Of a stretch of DNA of 64,000 nucleotides, positions 23,861 through 36,210 are shown piece after piece. The notes beneath the pieces are model-generated. The model ran no database searches. It was not told where the DNA came from and worked only from the letters and a program-made list of their open reading frames with translations. The number at the start of each line of letters is the position of its first letter. Position 1 is the stretch's first letter. The translations under genes and the position numbers were made by a program. This DNA comes from Callorhinchus milii. Lineage: Eukaryota. The DNA is taken from contig NW_024704742.1 in assembly GCF_018977255.1 (NCBI RefSeq), positions 94,614,001-94,678,000 of the forward strand, read 5' to 3'.

Positions 23861-24656
23861 ACCCTAATCCTAAAGGAGTATAAATACACTGGAACTTGCC
23901 TGGATAGTGGGTACCCATTACATGACAGTGTTTCAGTATTTCACTGATTTTAGAATTTGTAACAAGTGTGAAGGTTCCCATCGCAGTCTCTGAATCTCAA
24001 GATTTTTTTTGTAAAGGTGACACGTTTTAGGAAATTGCAATTATAAGACCTGTATATTTTAGTGTCTTTGCAACGTGAAAATATTTTAAACTGCACTCAT
24101 ATGCAGTCAGATTAATCTAAAAGCTAGTTACAAAATGTTTGAAGCCATGTGTATAAACGTTTCCAAACTGTTTACAAATCTGCAGGAGATTCGTAATGAA
24201 ATAAGTGGTTTGTACTCTAATGGATTTGTGGTACCATATGAAATAGGATTTCCAGAGTGATTGTTGAAATTAGATGAATTTGTAATACCACGAGATTAAG
24301 AGGTGAGTTTTTTTTCCATTCAGAAGGCATACTTTTACAGTTGGTTCCTATCTTTTGAGTCCATAACCACAGCTCTGATGTAAAGTAATGAGAATCTCTG
24401 AAACTAAATCAATAATAACGCTTGCATTTGATAGTTCCGTATTGACTCAAAACATGCAAAGCATTTCAGAGTTTTTTTTGTGAAGCGACTGTATATTTGT
24501 AGACAAGTGCAGCAGTAAATTTGCACACAATATTCCACAAATCATCCTTGAAGTGAATAACCAATTATTTATTTAAAAGATTGTTGCCAGGACACCAGGA
24601 GAAACTCCTTTTTCTTTTTGAATAATGCAATGGGATCTTTAACCTCTACCTGGTTG

Positions 24657-24962
24657 TGGAGTCCTGTAGCTCAGTGGTTAGAGCACTCGCTTTGCAAGCG
24701 AGAGACCTGAGTTCAATTCCAGGCAGCGCGAAACCTTGGGCAAGTTTCCTTACTCCACACGCCTAATAATAATCCCTCCAAAACCAATAATAAATTGGTC
24801 ATTTTCAATCTACAACTGTTTGTGGGACATTGCTGTGTGCAATTGGCTGCCGCGTTCGCCCACAAATATACAGTCAATTCACTTTACAGTGTGTTCTGTG
24901 AAGTGCTTTGGAACGTCCTCCCGACGTGAAAAGCGCTATATCAAATGCAAGGATTATTATTA
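24657..24962 (+). mobile_element. Young tRNA-Ala(TGC)-headed SINE inserted into a minus-strand DeuSINE (24410-24995)
   Basis: Perfect anticodon arm CTCGC-TTTGCAA-GCGAG. The host sequence resumes after the (ATT)n tail with 'gtttaatgtctcatctgaagg'. Confidence 0.9.
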
Positions 24963-27900
24963 CTTAAACAGTTTAATGTCTCATCTGAAGGATGCGTCAA
25001 ATGCATGATTGACATACCAAACTGAGAGCTGCTCATTGCTATGCCAGATATCATATGTGTGAGCTATAGAAGGCATCAGAGAAGCCACTGCATTCTTTTT
25101 TAAGTTTACTTAGCACTTTGGCTCACAACACTATCAAATTTCAGTTTCGTTCACGATTATGTTTGATGATGAGTTTAGTTCACCAACTTAGGTTTGGTGG
25201 GGGGAAAAAAAGGCTCTACCATTCTCTCCCCAATGCCTACTGTGCTATTGACGTCACATGTTGACAACTTATAAAAGGTAATGGTGAAGTTCGCAGCTCA
25301 CAAAGTTCCTGCTGCTGTGCATCTGTTAACTTAAGCTGATACTATCCAGTAAACATGGACTACTCTTACAACAGAAAATACAGTACTGGTTCCGGATATC
25401 TTACCAATGACTACACTTCACTGAATCGTAAGCTCTAAGTTATATTGGGATAGTGCAGTGCATGTATTTGAAATAAGATAAAGCATGTTTTGGAAAGTAG
25501 AATAAAGTGGTTAGGAATGTTTTTGAAATTCCCAATGCTTGTTTGAAGCTCATGGAATAAAATTACTTTTAAATCTGGTACAGAAAATACAACAGTGAAT
25601 GGTTAGTTAGTTATGTTAATATCTTTGTCGATACTGCACTTAAAACCTCAAACCTATGAAGCATTTAATTGTGGTTTAAACTGGTTATCCTTTGTACAAT
25701 ATTGATTCATACTGTATAAAATGCATGGAAAATAGACTGAGCAATATTACCTTGTGCTTTAAAAGGAAAAGCTGCTTGCCTCAGAGAAAGTTTTCTCCTT
25801 TTATTAATCAGCTTGAGTTGCTTTTCCCCATGTTCATTGTCTCATAGCTACTGGTTATTCTTTAGTTGTGTTTGACACAGCTGCATTTGTTGGTTGCATT
25901 TGTGTTTCTCTATTTGGAATTTGTGCCTGCATCGTCTAATGATTGGATTTCAAGTATTGCAATGCGTGCTCAAAACAAAACTCCCTGTAGTGTATCTGCA
26001 CTTGAAGTTATTCAAGTTTATCCACAAATGAAATTGCAACATCAACAAATTACATTTGCATAGCACCTTTCACATCAGGAGGACGTCCCTTTATTTTGCA
26101 CTCCATTTCCCTAATTTTCCATCCAGATTTGGCCATCCAGATAATCACTCACTCTATGACTTTGTGGGACATTGCTGTGCGCACAGTGGTTGCTGCATTT
26201 TTGCCCACAAAATACAGTTAATCCACTTTACAGTATCTCCTGTGACGTGCTTTGAGACAGGTCAATGGTCTGATAAAGCGCTTTTTCAAATGCAAGGGAT
26301 ATTTTTATTGTGGATTGATTTGAAAAATCTGCAGCACTAAGAATTGACCTTGGCTCTCCTGCAGGTATTCTGTTACAGGGAGGGTGCCCAGAAATTACAG
26401 TTCTTTGCAAATAATTAGAGGCCGTGTGTTGCTTGAAGAACTTTAATCCTACAGAAAAAGCAGCTGCTTAAAGTTGTGGAATGATTGCTTATTTTCTATT
26501 GTAATTTTGTACAGGGACTCTCACAAATGGAAACAATTTTCACAAAAAATAGTCTCGATAACACTAGAATGTTCTAGTTCGTCAAACTACGAAACCCCAC
26601 CTGGGCTGCAGCAGCACAATTAAGTGAACATTGAAAATCATGTGCAGGAGAAAGGACCGTCTTGAATAAATAGAGTTCTTCGTGCGTTTGGGGAGAGGGG
26701 CATCATTGTCCTGCAAAATCCTATGCTGCTGGCGTTTGAAACTGTTAGCTTTCCCATGCAGTGGTTAGATTTTTTTTTCCTCTTCATTGTTCTTTATGCT
26801 TTCTCTCATGGGAGTAGTCCCTTATACTGGTGTTCGGTTACTTGACTATTGACACAGTTTCAGCATCAAGTCCAACTAGCCATTTTTACCGGTATAAACC
26901 AGAGTGAACCTCTTTGTATGTTTATTTTTAACAGGGCTTTGATCTATGATTTTTAATTTTTTAAAGAAATACACAGTTTGAAAGATTTTTAAGGTACTGA
27001 GCTGGTTTTGCTGGTTGAGTGTAAATGCAGCAAAAGCTTGATGCACTTAAGGCGTTACCTTAAGGCATTGAGACGTCAGGCTATTTAAAAAAAAACAAAT
27101 GTACAGTTGCTTCAGTTCCCCATCTGAGGAGGTAAATGAAGCAATCCCTTTGCCATACTTTGTTTTGAACCTGTATTATCATTGCCACATTAGCAGATGA
27201 CTTGGTGGTTGGAAGCATGGGGCACACAATATGGTACATCAGTGGCAAATCCAAGGGTTAAAGTAATTTGTGGCACAGACGCTGGGGTTGTGTTGGTCCT
27301 TGAGCTGATGCAGTTACTATAATTCAGATGGCCCACATATAGCCTCCTCATGCAGAATTGTTTATTTGAATTGTGGGTAGAAGAATGCTTTTGAAGACAA
27401 CTGGACTCCAGCCATTATAGAGATCCCTATCTGTATAATCATCTGGCATTAACATTGTGGCTTGGCAATATTAACTTCTGATAAAAGTTCCAGTCGTGTT
27501 AAGTCCTTTTACAAACCCTGCAGCAGGCTTCACATGTCAAGTCACGCAGCAGGGCAAGGCAGTGGACAAGCATCATGAGAACCTGTCAGGGGAATGATCA
27601 TTATATCCACATCTGCTGCACTGCAGATGTTAATTCACAGTAACTTTGATTTGTGGATGTAGGCAGCAAGTGTTCCACGAGCAGAAGGTAATGACTGTTT
27701 TAATCTGCTTCTGTTATAATACTGCATTACCTTAAGGAACATCTGCTTTCTGTTGTGCAGTGTCAAATAAGATTCTATTTTGTAATTTTATTTAAGACGT
27801 TAGGCTATTTTAAGTACCACCTGGATATTGCCACAATTTTGCGTTGTTCACTGGAATGTTGTATCTATTTTAAGTCCGAGGAGGATTAACATGGTGAAAT

Positions 27901-29285
27901 GTTGTACATGCTATGCTGTTTGAGATTAGTGCAACAGCTGAAAGGTGTCAAAGAAATAGGAATTTAAATGACAGGACAGATCAAAGGAAAAACGTGGTTT
28001 TGCCATCGCTACAGCTCTAATATATTGGTATGGAATTTGATCTTATTCTTTTAGGTCTTGTACTCCCTTGTTTTTCAAGTGACCCGGAAGCTAGGAAGAT
28101 TTAGAAATAACTGCACATCTTTTAATTCTGGTAATTTTTAACTCTGTGGAATTCCAGAGCGACTTAATGCTTAATATAATTCAATGAGTGCATGGTACTT
28201 ACATTTACAGATATACCAAGCTAGGGGGGAAACTGGAATCCGAGATGCAGCCAGGTAATTGCAAAGAGAACTTGACAGGATATCAAACTGGGTTGATCAT
28301 TGAAGATCAATACAGATAAATGCAAGTTACCTTCTCCAAGCTGCTTTGTAAATGACTCCAGTGTTCTCAACTCAAATCACTTTCCCGGTAGAAGGTTCTA
28401 ACCATTGATTTCCCTCTATACAAGTTCAAGCTATAAAGTTGCATCGAAAATACTGCATGCAGTTCTGTTTGCTGCAACATAACTGTTGCTCTAAAGGCAA
28501 CACAGAGGAGAGCAACGGGGATGAGCCTAGGTGTTAAGAGGAATGAGCTAGCCTAGGCTTTGAGCAATGATTAGACAAGCTAGGGCTCTTCAGTCTTGAA
28601 AGGAGATCTTAGAAGTTATGTAACATTTTAAGTGGATTGAGAAATTAAACCCAGAACAAATGCAATGAGATGGTAGAAAAAAAGTTGCATTTTCAGAACA
28701 TATTACCAGGAAGTAATTTATTTTTGGACTATCGTCTGTAAAAGTTTTCCAGGAAGGGTGGTGTTGAGCTCAGTACACTGGACTGATTTAAACAATAGCT
28801 TGACGCTGTGTTGGAAAGATGGGGTACGGTGGGTATTCTGAAAACATGAGATCAAATGGGTTGAACTTGAGCAAAACGTCCTGCTATCCTAAAATTGCTC
28901 TCCACAATTCTCAACTCATTGCGCTCTTGTTCTATTACCTACCTCAGAGTGTATGAAAACAATGTTTAGTCTTTACATTCTCTCAATTAGCACATTGTAT
29001 ATTTTATAAGGTTCCTTCAGAAGAGTTCTTGATTCCAGTCATTCCTCAAAGTTCATCCCTCTAACGCTGGGGGAATCAGACTAGTTTTACATTGCCAAAC
29101 CAGCCCTCTTGTGTCATGGCAACCGGACTATAAACAGTTCTCCTGGTCCGGCCTGACCAGTGTCCTGTAAGCTCATACTTTGAATATGGGATCCGGCGCA
29201 GCTGTTCTTTTCAAATTGGCTTTGCAGTGTCCAGAAAGATTTTTAAAAAAAGACAATATAGTTTTGAACACGTAGTCATCTAAGC

Positions 29286-29303
29286 AGCTCCACCTGGTGG
29301 TCA
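29286..29303 (-). promoter_or_regulatory. CTCF-like motif
   Basis: The minus strand reads TGACCACCAGGTGGAGCT. Confidence 0.4.
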
Positions 29304-29948
29304 GAATTGGATACCACACTAATAAGATTGAATGTAATTGATACAATGTCATATTGTGATCACAAATGGATACCACAGTATCGTGAAGTAAATTAGAACG
29401 GTTCAGACCAGCAAACAAATATAGTGTGTCCTATACATCTAACAGCCTTAGATGCTTCTGAAATGTCAGCAGAATACTGGTTCAGATGGAGATAAAACAA
29501 CAACAATTTGCATTTATATAGAGCCCTTCACACAGGGTAGTGCTCCGGATCTCACGGCACAATTCGAAAAGAAGGGAATTTCTCCCTTGTGACCTGGGCA
29601 ACATTTCTCCAAATTAAAATTGGTTATTAATTTCATGGCTGTTTGTAAGATATTGTTATGCCCAAATTGGCTGCCACATTTGCCGAGAAAATACAGTCAC
29701 TACGCTTTGAGATGTCCTCCAGATGTGAAAGATGCTACATTAAATGCAATTTTTATAGATTCTGTAGATTCTCTGAAAATGAAAACTAGCAACAAGAATT
29801 TGTGTAGGCTCAACATATTAGACCTAAATATCACTTTAGATTTAACTGTTTTTGCCCGAAACAAACTTTAACTTTCAAGTAATTCCTCTTGTGTCATGCC
29901 AACAAATTCTGCATTTGGAAGAAACATCTGTTTCTCAATGGTGGGTAC

Positions 29949-31757
29949 ATTAAAAACTGCCATCATCACGCCCACCCTGAAAAAACCCTCCCTTGATGCG
30001 TCGCAGCTATCAAGCTACCGGCCCATCTCCAACCTCCCCTTTCTCTCCAAGGTCTTGGAAAGAGTTGTCGCCTCCCAACTGCGCTCTTTCCTCTCCACCC
30101 ATTCTCTTTTTGAACCCCTTCAGTCAGGTTTCCGTGCTGCTCATAGCACAGAAACTGCCCTGGTCAAGGTCACCAATGATATCCTGACTATCTGTGACCA
30201 GGGCTCCCTCTGTCTCCTCGTCCTCCTCGACCTATCGGCAGCATTCGATACGGTCGACCACGCTATCCTACTCCACCGCTTGTCCTCCCACCTCAACCTT
30301 CAAGGCACTGTCCTTGAATGGTTTAGCTCTTACCTTTCCCACCGTCTTCACTTCGTCTCAACGAATGGCTTCTCCTCCACCCCCCGTACTGTCTCATGTG
30401 GTGTCCCTCAGGGCTCTGTCCTCGGTCCCCTCCTCTTCAACAACAACAACAACAAGATTCCATTTATAGAGCGCCTTTCACGTCAGGAGGACGTCCAGCG
30501 CTGCACAGTTGGTCATGACCGAGCAGGGAAATGGTCAGGGGGAGGAAGGGAGGGAGCGAGGGGGGGAAATGGTCAGGGTGAGGGAGGGAGGAGGGAGGGG
30601 GGGAATGGTCAGGGGAGGGGAGGGAAGGGAGGGAGAGAGGAGGAGGAAGAGAGTCTTCACCCTCTATATGCTCCCCCTCGGTGACATCATCCGCAAACAT
30701 GGGGTTAACTTCCACATGTATGCGGATGACACCCAACTCTACCTTTCCTCCTCTACTCTCAACTCCACGACCACCGATGTCCTGACAGCTGCCTGTCCGA
30801 CATCGAGTCCTGGACGAGAGACAACTTTCTTCAGCTCAACGTGCGAAAAACCGAGGCCCTCCTGATTGGCTCACGTCAGCGCCTCCGCACCTCAGGCGCT
30901 GACACCATCAGCATCCAAGGCTGCACTCTCCACCTCTCAAAGCCAGTCAGGAACCTCGGCGTTTTGTTCGACCCTGAGCTGTCCTTTCTCCCTCACATCC
31001 GCACCACAACTGGCACCGCCTTCCATCACCTCCGGAATATCGCCAGATTACGGCACTACCTCACCCCTCACGCTGCTGAAACCCTGGTTCACGCCTTTGT
31101 CACCTCAAGGCTGGACTATGGGAACTCTCTCCTCGCCGGCCTTCCCGCCACCTCCCTCCACAAGCTGCAGGTCATTCAGAACTCTGCAGCTCGTGTACTG
31201 TCCCGCACCAGGACCACATCACTCCCACCCTCGCTCGCCTCCACTGGCTCCCCATCCCCCAGAGGATTGATTTCAAGATCCTCATCCTCACCTACAAGGC
31301 CATTCACGGCCTTGCTCCCTCCTACCTCTCCAACCTACTATCCCCCTACCTACCTGCCCGTACCCTCCGTTCCTCTGGCTCCGGTCTGCTCCACGTCCCC
31401 CGCCCCAACCGCCCTACTATCGGTGGTCGGGCCTTCAGCCTCTCAGCCCCCAGGCTCTGGAACTCCATCCCCCAGTGCCTTCGCCGCCTCCTCCCTTTCC
31501 TCCTTCAAGGCCGGTCTCAAAACCTTTCTCTTTGACCGTGCCTTCAGCTTCCCTCTCGACTCTCTACCCCCTCCTCGCTCCCTCCCTTCCCTCCCCTCAC
31601 CCTGACCATTTCCCCCCTCCTCTCTCCCTCCCTTCCCTCCCCTCACCCTGACCATTTCCCCCCTGCTCGGGTCATGACCCAACTGTGCAGCGCCTTGGGA
31701 CGTCCTCCTGACGTGAAAGGCGCTCTATAAATGGAATCTTGTTGTTGTTGTTGTTGT
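29949..31757 (+). mobile_element. Young 5'-truncated L2 (RT to 3' end) with a (TTG)n tail
   Basis: ORFs 29896..30684, 30509..30865 ([11 protein letters not shown]) and 30841..31605. Highly similar to the copy at 7556-10550. Confidence 0.93.
30440..30653 (-). mobile_element. L2 3'-end fragment inserted antisense into the L2 RT, with TSD TCTTCA
   Basis: (CAA)n followed by gattccatttatagagcgcc, the reverse complement of the 31560-31757 end. TCTTCA occurs at 30434-30439 and 30654-30659. Confidence 0.9.
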
Positions 31758-32284
31758 ACTCGTATTCATTAGACATAAATAAAATATCTTATCAACTAAG
31801 GCTGGTCCCATGGCTGCATTTTTTTTCTATATCCATCCTCTTTTAATCCTAGAAATTTGAGTTGCTCAGGTAATATCTGAGTAGCTCAATTGATTCAGTA
31901 CCAGATATGGGACCTAGAGGGTCTAGGTTTGCATTCTCTTAAGGTTGATACAACCTTTTTTTTGATTTAAGTGATTAGGTTCACAAGTGATTCTTATAAT
32001 TGTTTTGATCAGAAGCATTTCATGTCAGAATTTTTAGTTCTCATTTTGTTAGGCATGAACATGCAAGAAGATATCATCAGGCCAATGTCACTAGGAATAC
32101 AACAACAACTTGCATTTATATTCACCTTTCACACGGGATAGTTTCCCGGAAAGTCTGATCCAGTAATCTGGCTTGATTAATTTGGCTCAGCGTTAATTTT
32201 TATTGCTGAACCTAATTGTCTTGCTGTATGTGCATAGTTTCATATTTTATCTTGATTGTAACTATTGAATTCTTGAATTCATAG

Positions 32285-32352
32285 AAAGAACGAAGAAAGA
32301 TATCACCGCCAAAGGTTCAACAGGAATGGAAGTAATTCTCTCAACACTTGAG
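32285..32352 (+). CDS. AGTPBP1: AGTPBP1 exon (ERTKKDITAKGSTGMEVILSTLE)
   Basis: atag acceptor and GAG|GTAAAA donor; 68 nt; phase consistent with neighbouring exons. Confidence 0.93.
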
Positions 32353-33002
32353 GTAAAAGTTTATTTTCATCCTCAAACCATCATGGTGTTGTACTCACGG
32401 GGTAGTTTTGAATTGTAACCTTGCCTTGGCATAACTCATGTTGTGCCCCAAGTGCAGAAGTAATGTAGCCTCAAAGTAACACCAAAAAGAGTGTGGAGAA
32501 TGAGACTGCTCCTTTCATTGAGTATCTTTTTGAATATAGTCAATGTACGGTACTAAAAATTTTTTTTGTTGTGCTGTAAAATCTTTCTGTTTCATTTGGG
32601 CTTGGAACCCGTTGTCACGCATCCAAACTACTGCTTTAAGGAAAATGAAGAGTAGCTCAGATAAAAGTTTGAAAATAATTTTACAAAGTTTGCTACAAAA
32701 CAAAAGGAACATACTCATAATTGTAATAACGAACTCCCAGATCTATCTTGCATTGTCATGACTCTGCCTCTGGACAAAGTGGTTGCTCATGTGGAAAAAT
32801 TTACAAACATCTTTGATTTTTCTGTTGATTTGTTTGCAATGGCCTTAATGCCTGAAATATATACTTTGGTTTCTGAACACTTTGATTTTAATGATCAGAG
32901 AGGAAATGGGGCAAGCCGGAACAAGTACGAGTGGGATTTGTACAATTGTACACGATCAGCCTGATTTTTAAATGGTCTTAAGATTTAACTAATTGAACAA
33001 AA

Positions 33003-33018
33003 GGCCACTAGGTGGTGA
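33003..33018 (+). promoter_or_regulatory. CTCF-like motif
   Basis: GGCCACTAGGTGGTGA. Confidence 0.35.
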
Positions 33019-33255
33019 TCTGTTCTCTTATCTGTATTGAGATTCTCTGAAAGTTGAACTATAGGCAAGGCATTTTATTTCTTTAAAGTACCATTATTGC
33101 TTCTCTGAGGGTAATATTGAAATAAAACCAAGCTGTGTGTTGACCATAATGAATGCATAGCCCCGTTTAGGATTTTTCAGTAATTGATTTAATAAAGACT
33201 AAAGTCCTTCACGCAAACTTTGGCTAGAGAAGGAACATTTGTTTTCTTCTTTCAG

Positions 33256-33319
33256 AATACCCGGGACCTTCAGACCACACTGAATATCCTCAGCATTCTA
33301 GCTGAACTGGTCTCTGTGG
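33256..33319 (+). CDS. AGTPBP1: AGTPBP1 exon (NTRDLQTTLNILSILAELVSV)
   Basis: tttcag acceptor and G|GTGAGT donor; 64 nt. Confidence 0.95.
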
Positions 33320-33394
33320 GTGAGTTTGTTTGCAAATTTATTTTTGTATTTTTTTAAAATATTTTGTTCTGGTCTTGCTTTTTAAAAAAAGAAA

Positions 33395-33565
33395 AACTAT
33401 GGTCACTCAATCCATGACTGTTTGTGGGACACCACTGTGCGCAATTGACTGCTATATTTCACCCTCAGATTTTGAAATACACAGTCAATTCACTCTACAG
33501 TATATTCTGTGAAGTGTTTTGAGACGTCTCAACGTGATAAGGCTATATCAAATGCAAGGATTGTT
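33395..33565 (+). mobile_element. 5'-truncated SINE (Deu-like 3' body and tail)
   Basis: gactgtttgtgggacac...aaatgcaaggatt. Confidence 0.8.
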
Positions 33566-33871
33566 ATATGTTATGGGGTTTGTTTTGTTTAATAGTAAAA
33601 CTTCCAGAAGTTGTTCACCAATTTTAAAACACTGTAGATATTGAATCAGGAAAAAGAAACCAAACAAATTGTAGTAATGGCAATTTGTTGCAGAGACCAG
33701 GCTGCAAATGGTTCTTGTGTACAGGATTTGGGGAACTTGGAATGATTTTCAATCCATAACACTGGTGTATTAAGTAAATCTTTTATTTTCAGCTCCCAAT
33801 ACTCCAATACTCACAACCATAAACTCACACTAGTTGTTCTCCCAGAATCCCCTCTTTTACTTTCTGGTCTC

Positions 33872-34395
33872 TTTTTTGGTCAGCTGGGTGTCTGACACAT
33901 GCGGAAACCGATCGCCGTGCCAAGCTGGTGTCCAAACCAAGCTGGGATTTCCATACATCTCACCTACACATGGAAATCCCAGAGATAGATTGTTGGAATG
34001 CATTGCGCACTCTCTCCCTGGAGAGACGCATCCTGATTATCTAATTCTGGAAAGTATTAGGCGCAGGTTGGCAAGTGCCAAGGCTTCGGGACCCCAGGGT
34101 GTGTGTTGGGGTATTGCTGGAGACCAACCAGCAAAAACCACATAGCTTGTCATTACTATTGCCATCTAACAAACTTTCCTGCTGCTTGTCCTGCTAGGAC
34201 CACCCTACCTGGCAGGGCTTTGGCTTGCAGGGTTAACAGGAGCTGAGTGGGATGACTCCTTGCCCCCAGGGACTGGTTTGCCCTTCCAGGTTCTGTCAAT
34301 GAGCCAGGCTGGCTGTGCTGTCGTCAGCAGTGCCCTGGAATACTGCAGACCCGCCTGGCTAAGGAACCAGACTACTGAGTTCTGGTCTTGTTTCA
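33872..34395. repeat. Unclassified interspersed repeat, copy 2
   Basis: Collinear similarity with 12380-12850. Confidence 0.8.
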
Positions 34396-34859
34396 TTGGT
34401 TCCCAGTTAATTGTCTATGTATTCACAAAATATAGTCACTCCACTTTACAGTATATTCTGTGAAGCACTTTGAGATGTCGCAATGAATGGTAAGGCGCAA
34501 TATCAAATGCAAGAACTATTATTATTACTCTTAAAGTGTTATCCAACAGATCCCATCAAAGTGAGATATGAAGAATGTATATTAACAAACCGATCATTGA
34601 TGCTTCTTATTTGGCAAAGAATGAGAGAGCTTGATTTGTTGTAGCTTTTGGCAGCAAAAGCTGAGTGTTTATGTTAGAATAAATTGAGCAATCTAGGGAA
34701 TATATCACATTCAAATGTATAGCAAATATTTCACATTTTGAAGCGACTTCTTGGGTATGATTTTCATCATTGTACTAAGCGCAATGATTTTGATATGCTC
34801 TAGTTATTTCAGTTTTCTGAAAACTGCTAAGTCTGACTTAGCAGGGAATAGAATCTCTC

Positions 34860-35300
34860 AACCTCGGTGGTTGGCACTTACAAAAGGATAATTTGTTGAA
34901 CAGTCACGTAGGATTCAGGAAGTGACAGGCTATGCTTAGCCAATATGCTGGTAATTTTCAAAAACTGACTAAAGTAAAGACTTGGAATAGGGGAAAGAAT
35001 GGGCAGGAGAGGGGCAAGAGACATGATTAACCTAAAATGGAAACGCTTCATATGGGTAGATTACAAACGGCTACCTCGGGTTTTGGGCTCGATCTAGCTA
35101 TTTTTAATATGTTATTTACTTGGTCAAGAGGTGCAAAAAGAGTCTCCAAGTTTGCAGATGATCTGAAAATAGGAGACAATACAATTAATGAAGAAGAATA
35201 CAACCAGATGCAGAAAGATTTTGATCTGGGCAATTAGGTCAGTAGCTTGCAAATGTAGTTCAATGTAGATAAATAATGTATATGGGAACAAGGAACCGAA
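34860..35300 (+). mobile_element. Old CR1 RT fragments
   Basis: Translation VSKFADDLKIG...QMQKD; 'cagtcacgtaggattcaggaag...tgctta.ccaat' resembles the QHGF..SCLTN segment. Confidence 0.6.
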
Positions 35301-36063
35301 ATAATTGAAGGAAATTGTACAGAGTGTGCCTGCTTATCAGGAAAATCACCATTTCTCAACATCATTTTAAGAAGTAATCCTTCAGGTATTTCTTTTTCAC
35401 AATATGTGCTGCATCACATTTATTGACCCCTATCCACTCACTCTGCTGATAATCGCTCTGTTTCCAGCAGGTTTCCTCAGTTAGCCGCACGTACAAATTT
35501 GGAATTTCTCCCCCAATGTTGATTCCCCAAATCATTAGTATAGATGGAAATCATTAAAGGTTCCAGCACAGATGCCAAGAAGCATTAATTTCACCCCTAT
35601 TATCTTTCAAACGTCTGTACCCATGCCACCAATTGACCTTTAACATGTGCCTCAATTTTCTCAATGAGTTTATCTGGCATCTTTTTAATATATCTTGTAA
35701 AAATCCACATATTTATTCCATTTAGCTACACACTCAGATTTCCGCAAGAAATTCAAATAAATGAGTCAAACCTGACCATTATAAAAGGCAAAATCTTTAC
35801 AAATCCTTGTTCACAAATTCCATCTATCGTTTGGTCCAGACATTTGCCCAAAATGGAGGTAAGGCTAATTAAACTAAATCAAAATTTCTGTCCATCCACT
35901 ATCTCCTCACTGACCTGTCGTTATTGTGGGAATTGCTATCTGGGCTTAGTGTTTGTTCTACTTTGTTCTTTCTATTAATGTTTTTATTACTTGTACCTGA
36001 AACATTAACATATTGTATATCTTTAGCGTATTTTATTTAATTGAAATGTGTTTTTCATTTCAG

Positions 36064-36210
36064 GAGGAGGCCGCAGAATTGGTGTGTTGGTTTCCAAAGG
36101 AGGGAGTCAGGTTCTGCTTCAGTTGCTATTTAGTGCCAGCAAAGATTCTCCGACAAATGAAGAGCTTATGGTGCAACTTCATTCTTTACTCGCAAAGATT
36201 GGACCGAAAG
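36064..36210 (+). CDS. AGTPBP1: AGTPBP1 exon ([22 protein letters not shown]...LAKIGPK)
   Basis: tttcag acceptor and G|GTGTAA donor; 147 nt; lies within ORF 36048..36230. Confidence 0.95.

Noticed and set aside
24186..24302. Possible 117-nt cassette or poison exon (cag|GAG...GAG|GTGAGT)
   Set aside because: The polypyrimidine tract is weak, there is an immediate stop in the required frame, and there is no CCP1 similarity. It cannot be supported without RNA data.
24657..24730. tRNA-Ala(TGC) gene (also at 699, 14319, 15774, 18686 and 52454)
   Set aside because: The D and anticodon arms are present, but there is no acceptor stem, and each copy continues into SINE body sequence. These are SINE heads.
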